64,000 nt of DNA, taken from NCBI GenBank assembly GCA_965113315.1, contig OZ220364.1; one strand, written 5' to 3'. Of the stretch, positions 62,371 to 64,000 are shown piece after piece. The position numbers and the translations under genes were made by a program. Each line of letters starts with the position of its first letter. Position 1 is the stretch's first letter. The notes under the pieces are model-generated. The model was given only the letters and a program-made list of their open reading frames with translations. It ran no database searches and was not told the origin of the DNA. Origin of the DNA: Podarcis vaucheri. Taxonomy: Eukaryota.

Positions 62371-62867
62371 GTAAGTAAAACCTGCTCCCCATTTTTAAGG
62401 AAATTTGTGTACCCTTGTTGGGCTCTTCAGGTTCTGGATCATAGCTCAATCATCCTTTAATGTATGCAGTCTTTAATACATGACATAAACAGCAATAAGC
62501 TTTGGGGTGAGTTTTTCTTCTCTTTTCTTCAATTTTTTTAATGGAGTTAACTGATTCAAAGGAGGCTGAATTCTGGCTATCCTGAACCCTATTTTTGTCG
62601 CTGCTGTTGAGGCTGGATAAGCCAAGTGATCATTCTGTTCCACATTTCTTCCCTTTCTTGCTCTCGTCTCTTTCTGTACAGTCATTTAGAATTGTGTTGT
62701 TTGTATGGATTTTTATCTGTTTGCTTTTGTTGTAAATTGCCCTGCGGCTTATATGCAAATATACATCACTGAAGCATCATTGAAGAGATGCTGATGATAA
62801 TACTGCTTTTTAGATTATTCCCATTTTTAAGCACTTATTCTTCATTTCTCTGCCACCCCTAATGCAG

Positions 62868-63010
62868 GTTGAGCTGGCTACAGGTCAGTTCCCCTACAAG
62901 AACTGTAAAACAGATTTTGAAGTCCTCACCAAGGTGTTGCAGGAAGATCCTCCGCTTCTCCCAAACAACATGGGATTTTCTGTGGATTTCCAGTCCTTTG
63001 TGAAAGACTG
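62868..63010 (+). CDS. MAP2K7: MAP2K7 exon 10
   Basis: VELATGQFPYKNCKTDFEVLTKVLQEDPPLLPNNMGFSVDFQSFVKD; 143 nt. Confidence 0.96.
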
Positions 63011-63942
63011 GTGAGTGAAGTGCCTTAAATTCATGTTATGTAGAGCGGCTGCTTCAGCATTTCTTACATAGACAGGAAGCCCTGCAGTTCCAGCTGGTTC
63101 CTCACTTTCCTGCTGAACTCTTGCACACCATTTGCTTTCTCAGATATTGGCTAATGTTCATTCTAGGGCACCCTATCTTCAAGACCATTAATAGTGTATG
63201 CAAAAGAATTGGAACTGTTCTGCTTGTTCAAACTGGTACCATGCTCTTCTAAAGACTGAACTCAACCTGTGCTGGTGATTTCCACCTAGAAAGGAAATCC
63301 CATATCTGCCTCCATGACAGCTGTGCTTAAATTCTGGGCTAGCACATCTTTGTGTATGACCTCTTCTTGTCTACACATTCCTGGCTCTTATCTCTTTTCT
63401 GTGTCTGATGTACCGATTCTAAAGGTGTAGGAAGTCCTTCATTGCCGTGGAAATAAAAAGTAACATGTCGTAAGTTAGTTACATTTCCCCATCTTTCCTT
63501 GTTTCCATTCACTCCAACAATTAGGCAGCTGTATCTGCAGCTGTAAATGAATTGCACTCCTTGCAACTGGCATTGACAATTCCACAAATGGTCAAACAGA
63601 AAATCTACTTCTGATAGTGATTGTTTTGTTCCAGTTAACTTTGAGCTTATGTGTCCAACTTGCCACTCCTGGATTCCATCAAACAACTTCATGTAAGATT
63701 GTTGCAAACTGCCGTGGGATACTGGGCAGAGGAAGTTGACCCTGAAAGATTATTGGTATGGAAGGATAATGGACTTCATCCTGTTTAGCTGAGAGAGTTT
63801 TAAACTTAGAGTAGACCTATGTCAATATGAGCTCTGTTTGCAAGGATTCATTATGTATCATGTAGTGGAAACATGCCGTGTTGGTTGCTCCATAAAACAA
63901 ATTTGATCCTGTGTTTTGAATGTGTGTTTCTGTTATTTCTAG

Positions 63943-63988
63943 CCTTACTAAAGATCACAGGAAGAGACCAAAGTACAACAAGCTACTT
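63943..63988 (+). CDS. MAP2K7: MAP2K7 exon 11; gene continues beyond the window
   Basis: (C)LTKDHRKRPKYNKLL; 46 nt; donor CTT|GTGAGT. Confidence 0.95.
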
Positions 63989-64000
63989 GTGAGTATTGGT

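Overview
Eukaryotic genomic DNA from a squamate reptile, probably a lacertid lizard (inferred from abundant Sauria SINEs and other squamate repeats). The + strand carries three genes in order. (1) LRRC8E: CpG-island first exon near 14.1 kb, coding exons 20901-21038 and 22220-24472, 796 aa. (2) A second LRRC8 gene at 33267-34430: a single coding exon of 387 aa that resembles LRRC8D. It keeps an uninterrupted four-TM pannexin-like domain but stops where the leucine-rich repeats should begin, and frameshifted LRR remnants follow the stop. (3) MAP2K7/MKK7: exons 1-11 from 38430 to 63988, including the 48-nt cassette exon 2; the last exon lies beyond the window. An unidentified CpG island or first exon sits at about 2.6-2.9 kb. 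The rest is intron or intergenic DNA with SINEs, L2/CR1 fragments, Tc1/mariner and hAT MITEs and microsatellites. The most interesting item is the LRR-less LRRC8D-like gene, either a pore-only VRAC subunit or a young pseudogene. All family comparisons were made by eye against sequences recalled from memory, with no database search.
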